64,000 nt of DNA from Octopus vulgaris (GCA_951406725.2 OX597817.1:114452001-114516000), one strand, 5' to 3'. Shown: positions 15,020 to 29,921, counted from the first letter of the stretch. Made by a program: numbers and translations. The notes: generated by a model not told the origin, from the sequence alone.

Positions 15020-15480
15020 TATTAAAAAATTAAAAGGCATGACTGATCTTGATTATTGGGATCATTTCAGAACATTGAAACTTTATTCTCTGCAATGTTG
15101 ACATGATTACATCATTTGGATAATAGAGAATTTACCATCAACAGTGCCCAAACAACATGAACATCAAATTCAGAATTCATACAAGACTAGGGCTCCATGC
15201 TGTACAGCCCCTACACAAGCTCACAACACAGAAATTCACTGCAACATGATTACTTTTCCTCAACAGACCCTTCTCTATTTGATATCATCCCAAAACAAAT
15301 CATAGAAGAAAAAGAGCCTACCACATTCAAATTATATCTGGGTAAATTTCTTCAAAGAATCCCAGACAAGCTACCTATACATGGATACATCTCAGTCAAT
15401 AACAATTCCCTACTTAAATGGGCCTATATACCACAAAACTTGACTTAAACATAACTTAACAGGTTTTATCAGATGGTGCT
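15020..15480 (+). pseudogene. CR1/L2-like LINE ORF2 C-terminal remnant
   Basis: Translates to KGMTDLDYWDH..TLKLYSLQ and FK.YL.KFLQRIPDKLP, typical of CR1-group C-termini; disrupted. Confidence 0.55.
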
Positions 15481-16851
15481 ATTTAGTTAGAGCTTTGAAA
15501 TGCACATTGTAAGGTTATAAGGTTATTACAGTGTCAGTGTCTCATAAAAGGGCTGGTGTCAGTGCTAGGATAAAAGCATCCAGCACACACTGTAAAATGG
15601 TTGGTGTTGGAAAGAGCATCCAGCCACTGAAATCAAGCAAAATCAGACTGGAACCTAGTGCAGCTCTCCGGGCTTGCCAGCTCTGGTCAAACTGTCCCAC
15701 CCATACCAGCATGGAAAATAGATGTTAAAGGATGATGACGGATGATATTAAATACATGGATAGATACATAGGTATGTAATGTAATGTATGTATGTATGTA
15801 TATGCATACATATCTGTGAATGTCCACACATATACAGACATATATAATCTGTATATATATATACATACATACCCTCATATAGATTGCAAATGTTTTCTTA
15901 TAAAGCAAAAAAGGAAAAAAAGACATGAAGCAAAGCAGGAACCAGAGCAAACAATCACCCTCCCCTTTCTTAACCTTTCTCCAATTGTCCCCACCAACCT
16001 CTGGCGCCAAGTTGTCTCCTTTATTAGAGATTGATTTAGTGGATGGTGGTGGTTATGGGGTTAGTATAGTGGTGGTGATTGTGGTGAAGACAATAGTGGT
16101 GGTGATAGTGTGATAGTGATGATGATGATGGTGGTGGTGGTGGTGGTGGTGATGGTGGTGCTGACAGTGGTTATGTTGGTAGTGTATGTGATGGTGGTTT
16201 TGTTTGTTGTTGGTGGCAGTGGAAGTGGTGGTGATGATGATGATGAGGATGATGATCATGGTAATAGTGGTGGTCATGGTGTTGAATGTTGACGTTTGTA
16301 GTGATGATAGTTATAGTGTCAGCAAAGGTGGTGATGGCGGTGGTGGTGGTGGTGGTGGTGGTGGTAGGTTGCAGAGACAGACCATGTGTAGGTCATATAG
16401 GTTTTCTGACAATCATCAATATCCATGTGTCTTGTGAAGTATTTTAGATGAGCTGTCAAAGGATGGAAGCAAGCAAAATGTGTGTGTTTGTGTATGCGTG
16501 TGTATGTGTGTGTGTGTACGTGCATGCATATGTGTGTGGTTGTGTATGTGTATGTGCATGTGCATATGTGTGTGTATGCGTGTGCAGATGGGGTGTCCTG
16601 TAAGATGGGTGTTTGTTGGTTGGTTGGTTGGTTGGTTGGTTGGTTGGTTGGTAGGTGGGGTGGGAAATCGTTTCTGATAAACACCACTTCACACTTAGCC
16701 ATAATTCATATTTAGTTTCATACTTGAGAAATGAGTGGTGCAGGGCTTGATGGGTTGTGGTTTGTATTTAAGGACAGTGAGGAAAAGACGGTGGGGGAAA
16801 AATTGAGAAGTAACCAGAAAGAAAGGTTGTAATGAAATAGAGAGTAAGAGA

Positions 16852-16887
<36 letters not shown>

Positions 16888-17540
16888 GAGAAGGTAGGGA
16901 GGTGATAGCAGATAGAGAAAATAATGTATTAATTAAATTTGGTTTAAATCTTGAAAATCCAATAAAAAAAATAAATTTTTTTAAAAAAACCTTAAAAATG
17001 GTAAGAAAATTTATATTTTTTTTCTCTCTCCAATCCACCTTTTCTCTGCTTTCTAACACATGACATCCCTTTTTTTTTCACATTTTAATACATCATCTGT
17101 TCTTATGGAATTATTTCAAATGGAGTGGCAGAGAAGATATTAAATTTGTCCCCTACACACACACACACACACACGCTCACACAAACTAAACCAACCATTT
17201 TTGGTGGTGGTGATGAGATAATATTCTTGTATTTATATGTCTGAGGTCCATAGATGTGTGTGGCTACACGTAGGCATGCGTATGTATGCACATACATACA
17301 CTTGCTGAGATGTTTTACACACACACATATATGGATGTGCGTGTAGATACATATGTGCACACACACACATATATATACGTGTGTGTGTATGATATATTTA
17401 TATATATATATATGAAAGCATATATTCATGTGTGTATGCTAGTTTATATATATATATATGTCTTTATGTATCGGAATGTATATATGTGTGTGTGTGTATA
17501 TGTGTATGTGTATAAATGTATGCATGTATATGTGTGTGTG

Positions 17541-17571
<31 letters not shown>

Positions 17572-18198
17572 ATAATGTAGTCATTTCGTTAAGCCATTAG
17601 AATATTTGATAGAATGTGTCATGATATTTCAGTATTTGTTCCAGCTCCTTGCCCTTTGCACAGAATGTGTTTGGACTCATGAGGCTTATAAATGAAGGAG
17701 CAGCTCCTCTCTCCCTTTGGACAACATATGGTGTGTATGAGTTTGTGGTGGTGGTGGTGGCGGTGGTGGTGGTGTGTGTGTGTGTGTGTGAAAATTTACA
17801 AACCGTGCTGAACTATGGTTACAGATGGTGACATCATTGTTTGTGGTTGGTTTGCAACTGGTGATATTTGTTGACTCATCTAATTATCGACTAGTTGCAT
17901 CTTTTCCAGTCCTTCTTTTAAAAAAAATATCCTTTTCTCAAAAAACAAGTTAGTGTTGGCTACTGGAAGAGCATCTGGCTGTAAAAATGCTGTCTCGGTT
18001 ATCTCCCTTCTAAGCTAGTCTAGCATAGAAAACAAACCTTGACCTTTTAGCATTCAAATCGACCACATTTGGCCCAAATATTCTTCCTGGTTTACGTTAA
18101 AACCTGCCAGATCTGGCCTCTCACACCTACCCTACAATGTCATTCTGAAAATAAACAATCACATCATTAATATCTTGAAATTATGAGTCAATACAGGG

Positions 18199-18432
18199 TT
18201 AAGGTGGTGAGCTAGCAGAAACGTTAGCATACCGGCGAAATGCTTAGCGGTATTTCGTCTGCCGCTACATTCTGAGTTCAAATTCCGCTGAGGTCGACTT
18301 AGCCTTTCATCCTTTCGTGGTCGATTAAATAAGTACCAGTTAGGCACTGGGGTCGATGTAATCGAATTAATCCCTTTGTCTGTCCTTGTTTGTCCCCTCT
18401 ATGTTTAGCCCCTTGTGGGCAATAAAGAAATA
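18199..18432 (+). mobile_element. tRNA-derived SINE family B (Meta-domain type)
   Basis: Head aaggtggtgagctagcagaa, B-box gagttcaaattcc, Meta-like gcctttcatccttt..ggtcgat..aataagtaccag. Confidence 0.8.
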
Positions 18433-18465
18433 ACAATATAGCATAAATTTAAAACAATGTGAATG

Positions 18466-18882
18466 GCACTCATGAAATTGTAATCATGGCCATTACCAGC
18501 AGCATGATCCTCGAATTTTGGGCCTCACAGAAGTGATGACTGGTGTTTGAGACCTTTGGTGATCTGGTGTGCTTGTGAAGACTCATCAAGCCAAGTGAAG
18601 TTGTAGTTATGGCCATTGCCAGTGTCATGTAAATGGTACTTGTGGAATCACAGTTGTGGCTGGTGTCATGGAAATGGTACCCATGCCGATGCCATCTGAA
18701 AAGCTCCCATTACAATCTTGCAGTGGTTGGCATTAGGAAGGGCATCATGCCATAGAAACCATGCCAAATCAGACTGAAACCTGATGCAGCCCTCTGGCTT
18801 CCTAGTTTCAATCAAACCATCTAACCCATACCAGCATGGAAAGTGGACGTTAAATGATGATGATGATGATGCTGATGATGAT
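18466..18882 (+). mobile_element. RTE-like retroposon 3' fragment ending in (GAT)n
   Basis: cccataccagcatggaaagtggacgttaaa-(tga)n end; related copies at about 15520-15745, 37580-38010, 50070-50390 and 61820-62150. Confidence 0.6.
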
Positions 18883-18890
18883 GAAGAAAT

Positions 18891-19058
18891 AGGTGTAGGA
18901 GTGGCTGTGTGGTAAGTAGCTTGCTTATGAACCACATGGTTCTGGGTTCAGTCCCACTGCGTGGCACCTTGGGCAAGTGTCTTTTACTATAGCCTCGGGC
19001 TGACCAAAGCCTTGTGAGTGGATTTGGTAGACGGAAACTGAAAGAAGCCCGTCGTATG

Positions 19059-19089
<31 letters not shown>

Positions 19090-19246
19090 ATTTTTGTGTG
19101 TCTGTGTTTGTCCCCATAACCTAGCGGTTCAGCAAAAGGGACTGATAGAATAAGTAATAGACTTACAAAGAATAAGTCCTGGGGTCGATGTGCTTGACTG
19201 AAGGCGGTGCTCCAGCATGGCCACAGTCAAATGACTGAAACAAGAG
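18891..19246 (+). mobile_element. SINE family A copy
   Basis: Head, microsatellite and tail present. Confidence 0.85.
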
Positions 19247-20369
19247 TAAATAAGCATTACATTTGTAGAGTAATCAGGATGCTGAAGGGTGAAACAAAAC
19301 AAATAAACAACCTCCTCCCCCCTCACACAGATACACTTATACATACTTGATGATGATTTCTGTGTCTTAGATGATAATTATCTTATGTGCAACCTGATTG
19401 TTCTGACTTGCCTTCATAAATGCAAAAATGGACCAAGAAATGAAATGAATAGTGAGACATCTGTGCATCACTGGATTTAACAAATAGAAGTTTGTTTCTG
19501 ACACTTTTGTCACTCTATTGGTTGTCATAGTAGGTTCCAGTGACAAGCATTGCAAGACAACAGGAACTATTTTGACTGTAAGTTCTATCTCAGAGCATCT
19601 TTCGCCCAGAAGAGCTGCCTTCCCCACAGCTTTATGAAAATTAACAGGGGTCTTCTCTACCCATAGGAAATCTATTTAACCCATAGTTAGGTCTGCCACA
19701 TGCATACATACTATGTTTTGTGGCATGGAAGATGCCTTTGGTTTTGTTTCTGTTTTTTTGTAAAAACAATATTTCTTTGAAAATTACCATGCATCTTTCA
19801 TGATACTAGCTGAGAAGTTGTTGCTGTGATTGTCTTAGGTTTATCTGAAATCAACATTCTTATAAAGCCTGTTATACCATTACTTGATAAATGCAAGTAT
19901 TTTCTTTACTATAAAACATGTGAAAAATGTTGAATGCTTTATTAAATATAGAGAACTTAGAGAGATTGCATAGATAATTATTTACAAATGCTTGTGTGTG
20001 AAAATACATACACAATCCCAGCTTAAACATGTACTGCTACCTACAATAAATTTACTCAAAGGTATATACAATAACAGTATCAAAAAGCACACTTCTTAGC
20101 ATATCAATGATTAATAGAAAAGGACAAGGCAGTGAGCTTGCAGAACAGTTAGCACACCAGGCAAAATGCTTAGTGATATTTCATCTGTCTTTTATGTACA
20201 GAGTTCAAATTCTGCTGAGGTTGACTTTTGCTTTTCATCCTTTCAAGGTCGATGAAATAAATACCAGTTGAACTCCAGGGTTGATGCAATTGCCTTAGCT
20301 CTTCCCCTGAAATTACTGGCCCTGTGCCAAAATTTGAAACTAATATGAATAGAATTATGTGTTTATGAA

Positions 20370-20600
20370 TTTGTTTTGCAAGATTCCTGATGTCAAATCA
20401 TGCAGTGAAACAGATATTGTTATATATATATCAGGAAGGGCATTTTTCTTTTTATTCCTTGCCAAATAAACACATGTACTATATATTTATTTTTGACTCA
20501 TTTATTGTTGTTCTTATTTTATTTTATGTCCATTGTCTGGAAAATTTTTTGTCACACATCTGTGACCTCTTCGGCATCTCTTCCATCCCACATCAATATG
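20370..20600. mobile_element. Penelope-like repeat fragment with degenerate hammerhead on minus strand (about 20545-20577)
   Basis: Homologous to 59025-59280; minus strand CCGAAGA-G-gtcac-agatgt-gtgac-aAAA. Confidence 0.45.
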
Positions 20601-21109
20601 ATAAAATAAGAACAATAATGAATGAATGAAGAATGAATATATAGTGCGTGTGTTTATTTGGCAAGAAAAAAAAAAGCCATCTCGAAATACAACAATAGAA
20701 TTATAATTACTCAGTAAATAAAAATCTTTTTTTTTAAAGGCTACTGCAACTACACTGTTATTGCTGCTGTGCTGTTTGTTTATTAATGGCAGTGGTATGA
20801 AGAACCATGTATAAAAAATTGTGAATGGTTGGCTTCTCATCTCAATAAACAGAAATTTTTTGGTTTTTTTCTCATTTGAATGTGTAGAACTTTGCTCATT
20901 CAATATCTGGCCTTCACTGGTGTCACAAGCCATTTTTAGTCCAACAAATTATCTCCCTCATCTCTGGCAGGTGTATCAAGAAGGCATAAATATAATTTTG
21001 CATTGAAACTTGAAGTAGTGGAGTATTTTGTTGTCTTTTGAGTGAATCTTTATGCCAATAAAACTGCAGCTTGTGGTTCTGTTTTATTTCTTTTATTCTT
21101 CTTCTTATG

Positions 21110-21361
<252 letters not shown>

Positions 21362-21977
21362 TGTCAACTAGTTAATCATTTGACAAGACAACTAACTGAT
21401 CACTTTGTTAATCATGCGAACCAGTGTGTGTGTGTTTGTTATTGGGATAATGACCCTCCTGGGACACAACCAAGTCTGTTCAACATGCATTTTCACATCA
21501 AGAATCTTGCAGACTAAATCCAAATGCAAAATATTGTAACACTGTATGTCCATTGTCTGGTGATTTCATTTAACAGGTATAAGCACTCTGCTGGTTTATC
21601 TGGTTTTGCCTGCTTGCCTGCTAATTTTGTTTTATGACAGATATTTAGCCTGAGCCCACCTAGCTCTCCTGGGACATGTGATAGGAGCTGCAGTGGAAAG
21701 TCTAAATAATTTTTTTTTGTTTTTGGAGAATTACATTTCCAAAACCAGGATGTACCTTCTATGCACACACAAACATACACACACGTGTGTTTGTGTGTGT
21801 ATATGTTGTGTATATGTGTGTACAAGGGTGAATAATTGTTGTATGTTCCCATTTAAGCAAAATACTCAATACATAATGTGTAGTTGTATTATTATTATTA
21901 TTATTATGTTTTTTTCTTCTTTCTTCAAATTTTCTTCTGTTTCTTGCAGAGTGTTTTCCATACACCTAGGGCAGTAT

Positions 21978-22034
<57 letters not shown>

Positions 22035-22036
<2 letters not shown>

Positions 22037-22500
22037 TCAATATGTGGCAGCTGGTTTCGGTCTGGGTTTTCCATGGTTGGATCGCTGCCATGTACAGTGA
22101 CATCTGCTTGGCAGTCTGGGTGAATGGTCACCTATCGGAACCATTCAACATCGTGTGTTTGGTCCATCAATGGTGCCCACTCTTGTCCCTTTTGTATGTA
22201 CTAACCCATGAGCCATTACTTTGAAAACTGGAGTTGTTGAGAAGCATCTGGCATGAACTAAGATGTGGGAGTGTAGTGTCAGCATATGCAGACGATGTCA
22301 CCATCATAGTGTTGGATGATGAGCACATAGACCTGGTCAGCTCTACTGTGAAAGAATACGAGGAAGTAACAGGAGCAAAGATTAATCTTGTAAAGTCGTT
22401 GGGCCTGCAGCTTGGCACCTGGAGAGGCAGATACATGCTGACTGACAGCATTGTAGGACATTGGATGGTTGGGCCTGTAAAATTGTTTGAACCAGACCTC
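22035..22500 (+). pseudogene. Tx1/L1-clade reverse transcriptase fragment
   Basis: VHQWCPLLSLLYVLTHEPLL (QGCPLSP-like) then SAYADDVT...YEEVTGAKINLVKS; stop codon between the two segments. Confidence 0.85.
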
Positions 22501-22699
22501 CAACTGGTTATGGTCAAACAACTGACAAGCAAATCTGTGGTGTTGAGCAGAATATTTGCTGTAGCCCATCTTTTATACCAAGACAAAACATGTACATGAT
22601 AACACTTCCAATCAGTTAAGATCAGAAGCCATGAGAGCCACTGCCTGGTAGTGCATCAGGGCATTTATTATCATTATATGTTTGGCTTTTGCTTTGTAT

Positions 22700-23610
22700 T
22701 TGTATAAATTGACTCCAAGTCTCATGGAGAACCCTCGAGAGATAACAAGTTAAAAGTTCAAAGTTGGTATTATGACTAGGGTACCATATTTTTGGCTTCG
22801 CAGAGAGCATTGTTCTAGAGAGTGTCTGTCAAAACAAAAAGGAAATTAAAAGTTTGTTTTAAAAGTAATTTGATGATAAGATGGTAGTGTGATCTGAAGA
22901 TGACAGTTAATGCATTTGCTGTTATGTATATTTAAAAGTACTTTTGATAATGTTCTATGATTAAGATGTTTTTGGAATTACACAGACAATATTTTTCTTA
23001 GGATATTAGTAGTTCCCATCAGCACTATTTTTTAAATTTCTTCCATTTTTGGATTTCCTGGTATCTGAGATAGGGAACAATCAACTCCTTTTGCTATCAT
23101 CCCTAGTGCACTTATGACAACAGACATTGTTCTAGTCTTGAGGTTCCACATTTTGCCAATTTCTATTTCAAGATCTTTATATTTGCTCATTTTTTAGTAG
23201 GTCTTGATTGGAAAAGTCATATTGATGAGGAGTCATGATTTTTGTCTGAAATTCTTCAGTATAATATCTGACCTATTTGCATCTATCTTTCTGTCAGTTT
23301 GAACAGTAATGTTCCAAAGGAGTGAGATGTGATCATTTTCAAGCACTGAAGGTGATTTGGATTCCCTAAGTTTTTATCATAGGACAGGTCCAGGTCCTTG
23401 CTGATTACCCTATGAATATAATGTTCTGTGCTATTGAGATGCTTTTTGAGATACTCTGTGGGTGCAAGAAGGCTGCACATACAGACAATATCATCAATGG
23501 TTTCTGCTTGTTGTTTACATACATTGGTCTACTGCCATTCTTTAATAGGTTGGCCTGGTAGCTTCTTATAGATAGGCATTGATCTTGGGCTGCTATGATA
23601 AACCCTTATT
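22700..23610 (-). pseudogene. 5'-truncated R4/Dong-clade non-LTR retrotransposon (restriction-like endonuclease C-terminus and 3' UTR)
   Basis: Minus-strand fragments GFIIAAQDQ, LLWN..VQTDRKIDANRSDII, KMSKYKDLEIEI.KMW, VISALG, GTTNILRKILS; adjacent to a (TAA)n tract. Confidence 0.8.
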
Positions 23611-23678
23611 ATTATTATTATTATCATTATTGTTGTTGTTATCATTATTATTATCATTATCATCATCAGCATCATCAT

Positions 23679-24070
23679 TAAGGTGGCGAGCTGGCAGAAT
23701 CAGTAGCACACTGGGCAAAATGCTAAGCAGTATTTCGCCTGTCACTTTATTCTGAGTTCAAATTCTGCGAAGGTTGACTTTGCCTTTCATCCTTTTTTTG
23801 GGGCGGGAGGGGGGAGGTGATAAATTAAGTACCAGTGAAACACTGGAGCCAATGTAATTGCCTAGCTCCCTCCTCTCAAATTTCAGACCTTGTGCCTTTA
23901 GTAAAAAAAATTATTTACATTCTGGGTTCAAATTCTGCTGAGGTTGACTTTGCTTTTCATCCTTTCAAGGTCAATAAATTAAGTACCAGTGAAACACTGG
24001 GGGGGGGGGGATGTAATCAACTAGTCCCCACCCCCAAAATTTCAGGCCTTGTGCCTTTAGTAGAAAGAAT
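23679..24070 (+). mobile_element. SINE family B with tandemly duplicated 3' part
   Basis: Head followed by two copies of ttctg.gttcaaattctgc...aagtaccagtgaaacactgg...ccttgtgcctttagta. Confidence 0.75.
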
Positions 24071-24436
24071 TATTATTATTACTAGCAGCAGCAGCAGCAA
24101 TAATGTTTGTTGGTCATTATCATTACTGCTGCTGTTGTTACTGTCATTGTTGCTATTTTATTTTTATTGCTCTCGTAATTTCTATCAGCTTCTTCTGTTT
24201 GGAATTGTCATGACAACAAGACAACAGTGGTTAAGTGAAAAACTAATCATGCTTGTGCCAGTAGACATCATTAGCTATGTAATGTAATTCCATGTCCCAC
24301 TTCTAAGTTCATATAAATGATCACCACACCCCGCTCTGACTTATGGACTGAATGGCAGCTAATCAGAGATCAATGAACAAACTGTAAATAGTTTAGAATA
24401 GTTCTTTGAGTGCATTTGCATATATATATATATATA

Positions 24437-24483
<47 letters not shown>

Positions 24484-24706
24484 ATATTGCTTATTGATAT
24501 TGAAAAGCAAATCTAGACAAGTATTTAGGCTAAAGTAATTGGTTGTCCTTCACTTAGTAACATTAAACCATTAAAGTACAAAACAACTTGTCTTGTCAGA
24601 AGAAAAGATGGAGAAAGTATTACTATTCCATAATGGTAACTACAACCATGTGGTTAAGCAGTTCGCTTCAGAACCACATAGTTGAGGCTTCAGTCCCACT
24701 GCATGA

Positions 24707-25091
24707 GAACTGTCAGATGGTGATTGTCTCTTCTGGTCGAGTAACCCATCCCGCTCAAAAGGTCCCTAAATAAGGGTTGTTTAAGGATGTTGAACAAAAC
24801 ACCCATGTTTCCAGGGGTGAATTATTCAAACTCCAAAGAATCCCTCTCAACACATGGCTACGATGCTCCTCCACTACTTCTGCTCATGATCAGAGATGCA
24901 CTTATCGTCAGCCACTAAGGGACATGCTCAACTGGTTAAGGTCAAACAACTGACAAGCAAATCTATGGTATTGAGCAGAATATTCGCTGTTTCCCATCTT
25001 TTATACCAAGACAAAACAATGTACATGATAACACTTCCAATCAGTTAAGATCAGAAGCCACGAAAGCCACTGCCTGGTACTGTATCAGGGC

Positions 25092-25150
<59 letters not shown>
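24707..25150 (+). mobile_element. Retroposon 3' UTR fragment ending in (ATT)n
   Basis: Near-identical sequence at 22501-22667 and 26455-26640; ends gcatcagggcattta-(tta)n. Confidence 0.6.
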
Positions 25151-26109
25151 GAGTGAGAGAGCAGTGCATGCCATCAAAGTGACACTGGGGTAAAATATAC
25201 GAAGCCCAATATACCCATCATGACTACCCGTCTGATAAAGGTACACCAGGCACATGATTATTATTATTATTATTATTATTATTGCTGCTGCTGCTGCAAT
25301 GAGCTTGCAGTATTTCTTCCAACACCATATGTTCTGAATTCAAACTTACTAACCCAAATCCCCTGCTCCAAAATTTGAGTCCTTGTGCCTGTGTTGAATA
25401 TCATTAATGTTAATTGATTAATTAACTCCTAATTCAAGTTGTCGATATATTAATAGTGTTGTCATTCAGTTTCAAGTCAGACCTGATCAAGTAAACCTAT
25501 ATTTGAATATGTGTTCTGTTTTTCAGGCATCTTATATGCTAGACTACATTATCAATATCTTCTGTCTTTTTAAGAGATCTTAGTGAGAAATTAATCTTCT
25601 ATTTCTAGGAGGTAGAGTGACCACATATAGTCTCCCTGTTGACACATATGATATCAAAAATCAATTTAAGTGGATTAAATTAAATTCCCTGTTATCTTTC
25701 ACTAAATTTCTGGTCTTTGTCAATGTTAAAAATCATTATTATTAAATTCCCACCTTTGTTGAGTTATCTGATTCATATTTGATCATTCTCATGTATATAC
25801 TTGATAATTCTATTATATATATTGTTGATAATTCTGCTTTAGAATGGATTATTCTGATAAATATTTCCACGGTGTTCAGAATGTCACTTTTAAAGTACTA
25901 AAATGGCTTGATGAAATATCTTTCTTGTTATTCTGCTGAATGCCATGCAGCAAGAAAACTGCTGAGACAGCATGACTATATCAACCAATATGTCCTTCTT
26001 TTGTAAGATAATAGGGTGTGTTTTAAAGGCTTCACTAATATTTTTCGCAGGGAAAATGGCCGCATGACTTGGCTCATGCAATGTAATGGTTTGGAAGTGA
26101 ATAAGTTGC

Positions 26110-26325
26110 AAGCTGGCAGAAACGATAGCATGCCGGACAAAATCTGTAGCCGTATTTCGTCTGCTGTTACGTTCTGAGTTCAAATTCCGCTGAGGTCAAC
26201 TTTGCCTTTCATCCTTTCGGGGTCGATAAATTAAGTACCAGTTACGCACTGGGGTCGATGTAATCGACTTAATCTCTTTGTCTGTCCTCTCTGTGTTTAG
26301 CCCCTTGTGGGTAGTAAAGAAATAT
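26110..26325 (+). mobile_element. SINE family B copy
   Basis: Same sequence as 18199-18432. Confidence 0.8.
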
Positions 26326-26811
26326 GTTTGGAAGTGAGGTTTTATAATAATAATAACAATAGCACTGGATAACATCATTTTTTTCCTTGAGTAGCAACTG
26401 ATTTTCCCTATTTTCTTGCCCTTAGAAAATATGAAAAATGGCTATTTCCTTCAAACTGCTTTTGTTACATCTATTCAAACCCTAAAGAATCCTTCTCAAC
26501 ATGTGGCTATGATGCTGCCCCCACTAATTCTGCTCATGATCAGAGATACACATATTGTCAGTCACTTGGAGACATACTCACCTGGTTAAGGTCAAACAAC
26601 TGACAAGCAGTTCTGTGGTATTTAGCAGAATATTTGCTATAATGATATTTTTGCTTCAGCAAGTCAGCACTGAATCTGTCTGAAATATAATGGAAAATGG
26701 GTTAGCTTCAAAACATTGATGTCCAGGTCAGAAAAGCAAAGTTTGAAAGGAATAATAGTAATTTCCTTTGAGTCTAGATAGAAGCAAATAAAAAATAACA
26801 CTGATCAAAGA

Positions 26812-27210
26812 CAGGAGTGGCTGTGTGGTAAGTAGCTTGCTAACCAACCACATGGTTCCGGGTTCAGTCCCACTGCGTGGCATCTTGGGCAAGTATCTTC
26901 TGCTATAGCCGTGGGCCGACCAATGCCTTGTGAGTGGATTTGGTAGACGGAAACTGAAAGAAGCCTGTCGTATATATGTATATATATATATATATGTGTG
27001 TGTATGTGTTTGTGTGTCTGTGTTTGTCCCCCTAGCATTGCTTGACAACTGATGCAATTGTGTTTACGTCCCCGTCACTTAGCGGTTCGGTAAAAGGGAC
27101 CGATAGAATAAGTACTGGGCTTACAAAGAATAAGTCCCAGGGTTGATTTGCTCGACTAAAGGCTGTGCTCCAGCATGGCCGCAGTCAAATGACTGAAACA
27201 AGTAAAAGAG
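26812..27210 (+). mobile_element. SINE family A copy (young)
   Basis: Full length, CpGs retained. Confidence 0.85.
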
Positions 27211-27226
27211 TGTAATAATAATGATG

Positions 27227-27261
<35 letters not shown>

Positions 27262-27477
27262 CCGTTCTACTAAAGGCACAAGATCTAAAATGTTTTTTTG
27301 TGGGGGACCAGTCAATTACATCGACCCCAGTCTTTCATTGATACTTAATGTTTCAACCCCAAAAGGATGAAAGGCGAAGTCGACCTCAGTGGAATTTGAA
27401 CTCGGAACGTGAGGATGGTTGGAATGCTGCTAATCATTTTGCCCCTCGTGCTAACAATTCTGCCAGCTTGCCGCCCT
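27262..27477 (-). mobile_element. SINE family B copy
   Basis: Reverse complement of family B. Confidence 0.7.
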
Positions 27478-27487
27478 AATAATAATG

Positions 27488-27887
27488 CGTGGTAAGTAGC
27501 TTGCTAACCAGCCACATGTTTCCGGGTTCAGTCCCACTGCGTGGCATCTTGGGTAAGTGTCTTCTGCTATAGCCCCAGGCCGACCAATGCCTTGTGAGTG
27601 AATTTGGTAGACGGAAACTGAAAGAAGCCTGTCGTATACATGTATATATATATATGTATGTGTGTGTATGTGTTTGTGTGTCTGTGTTTGTCCCCCTAGC
27701 ATTGATTGACAACCGATGCTGGTGTGTTTACGTCCCCGTCACTTAGCGGCTTGGCAAAAGAGACTGATAGAATAAGTACTGGGCTTACAAAGAATAAGTC
27801 CCAGGGTCGAGTGGCTCAACTAAAGGCGGTGCTCCAGCATCGCCGCAGTCAAATGACTGAAACAAGTAAAAGAGTAAAGAGTAAAGA
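27488..27887 (+). mobile_element. SINE family A copy, slightly 5'-truncated
   Basis: Shares diagnostic variants (catcttggg, caatgcc, gtcacttagc) with 26812-27210. Confidence 0.85.
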
Positions 27888-27900
27888 GAATAATAATAAC

Positions 27901-27932
<32 letters not shown>

Positions 27933-28129
27933 TAATAATAATAATAAGGATAATAATAATAATGATGATGATGATGATGATGATGATAATAATAATAGTA
28001 ATAATAATAATAATAATAAGAATAATGATGATGGTGATGATGATGAGCATATTGTATAAGATTGTTGTATGAATTTTCCATTTTAATTGTTAAGGATACA
28101 AAATTCTGAACATTTCATGCTTTATAGTA

Positions 28130-28425
28130 AATTGTGTATGTGTGTGTATATAAGAAGTTTTCTGTATATTTGTATGTGCAGATATGTGCATGTATGCATA
28201 CATGTATGTGTATGCGATTATCTAGTACTGTTGCAAACCATTTTGTCTATCAGATAAATTCCATATTTCTACACACAATCTTTCGTATGTATAGGTACAG
28301 GTCAGTCTGTCTGTTTGTCTGTTTGGATATCTGCATGTGCACGTGTGTGTGTGTGTGTGCGTAAAAAGATAAATAGGGAGAGAGATTTATATATACTGAT
28401 ATAAACAGTTATGTGGAATGTATGT

Positions 28426-28500
<75 letters not shown>

Positions 28501-28534
28501 GATCGATGTATATGTGCATGTATGCATGAATCTA

Positions 28535-28565
<31 letters not shown>

Positions 28566-28570
28566 ATGTA

Positions 28571-28612
<42 letters not shown>

Positions 28613-28685
28613 TCTGTGTATATGTGTGTGTGAATATGTGTATATATTATATGTGTGTGTACATATATGTATGTATGTATGTATG

Positions 28686-28728
<43 letters not shown>

Positions 28729-28994
28729 AGTATATATACTAAGATGCATACCTACATACAGAGGGACAAGAACGTTTGTGTCCATGTGTGTGCATGTGTA
28801 AGTGTTTGTGTTTGTGTGTGTGTGTGTGTGTGCATGTGTGCTTGTTTGTACATTTCATAAATAATTAGGCACTGCAGTTCCAAACTGGTTATCTCTGAGA
28901 AGAATCAATCCCTTCAGGAAAGAATCAAAAATTCTATCAAGTACGCATGCAACACATCACATACACATATGTACAGTCATATACATATATATAC

Positions 28995-29025
<31 letters not shown>

Positions 29026-29474
29026 CACATATATATATATACATATATATATACATATGCATAGAGAGAGAGAGAAAGAGAGAGAGAGAGATAAACATAC
29101 ATATACACACACATACATACACATCTGTACTAATAGATGTGCATGATGTGTAGTGATACAAACATACAAGCACACTTATGCATATGTCTATATATATACA
29201 CACACACATATCTGTGTGGGAACATATATTCAGACAAATTTACAGATAAAATCACTTATGCATACATTCACACACAAAACAGGCTCCTATACATAATACA
29301 TGCGTGTATAAGATGTAGACATACTTACCAGTATATGCTAAAAGACATACGACTAATATGCTAAAAGACATACGCACCCACCCACACATGTACAAGCACA
29401 TGCACATTCTCACATGCAGAAATAGAAATACGTACATAAATACATACATACTATACTGTGTATGTATGTATGTA

Positions 29475-29541
<67 letters not shown>

Positions 29542-29885
29542 TTGTATAGCTATACAAATGCATAATTGGCCAGCTCTTATTCATTTGCATTAGCTTCCAG
29601 ATACACTCATGCACAGAGAGGAATCAATGTATATACATGCAAATACACCCACCCACCCACCCACACCCACACCCACACCATCACGCGCATACACACATAC
29701 ACACACACATACATACACACATACATATGTTTCATTGTATTACCTAAAGATGTATCCATATATCTGAAATGTATATGAACTGCAAGACATATATTGGATA
29801 TGTTTGTTGGTATGTGTGTGTATTATATATGTGTGCATGCACACACACACACATACATACATACATACATACATACATACATACA

Positions 29886-29921
<36 letters not shown>

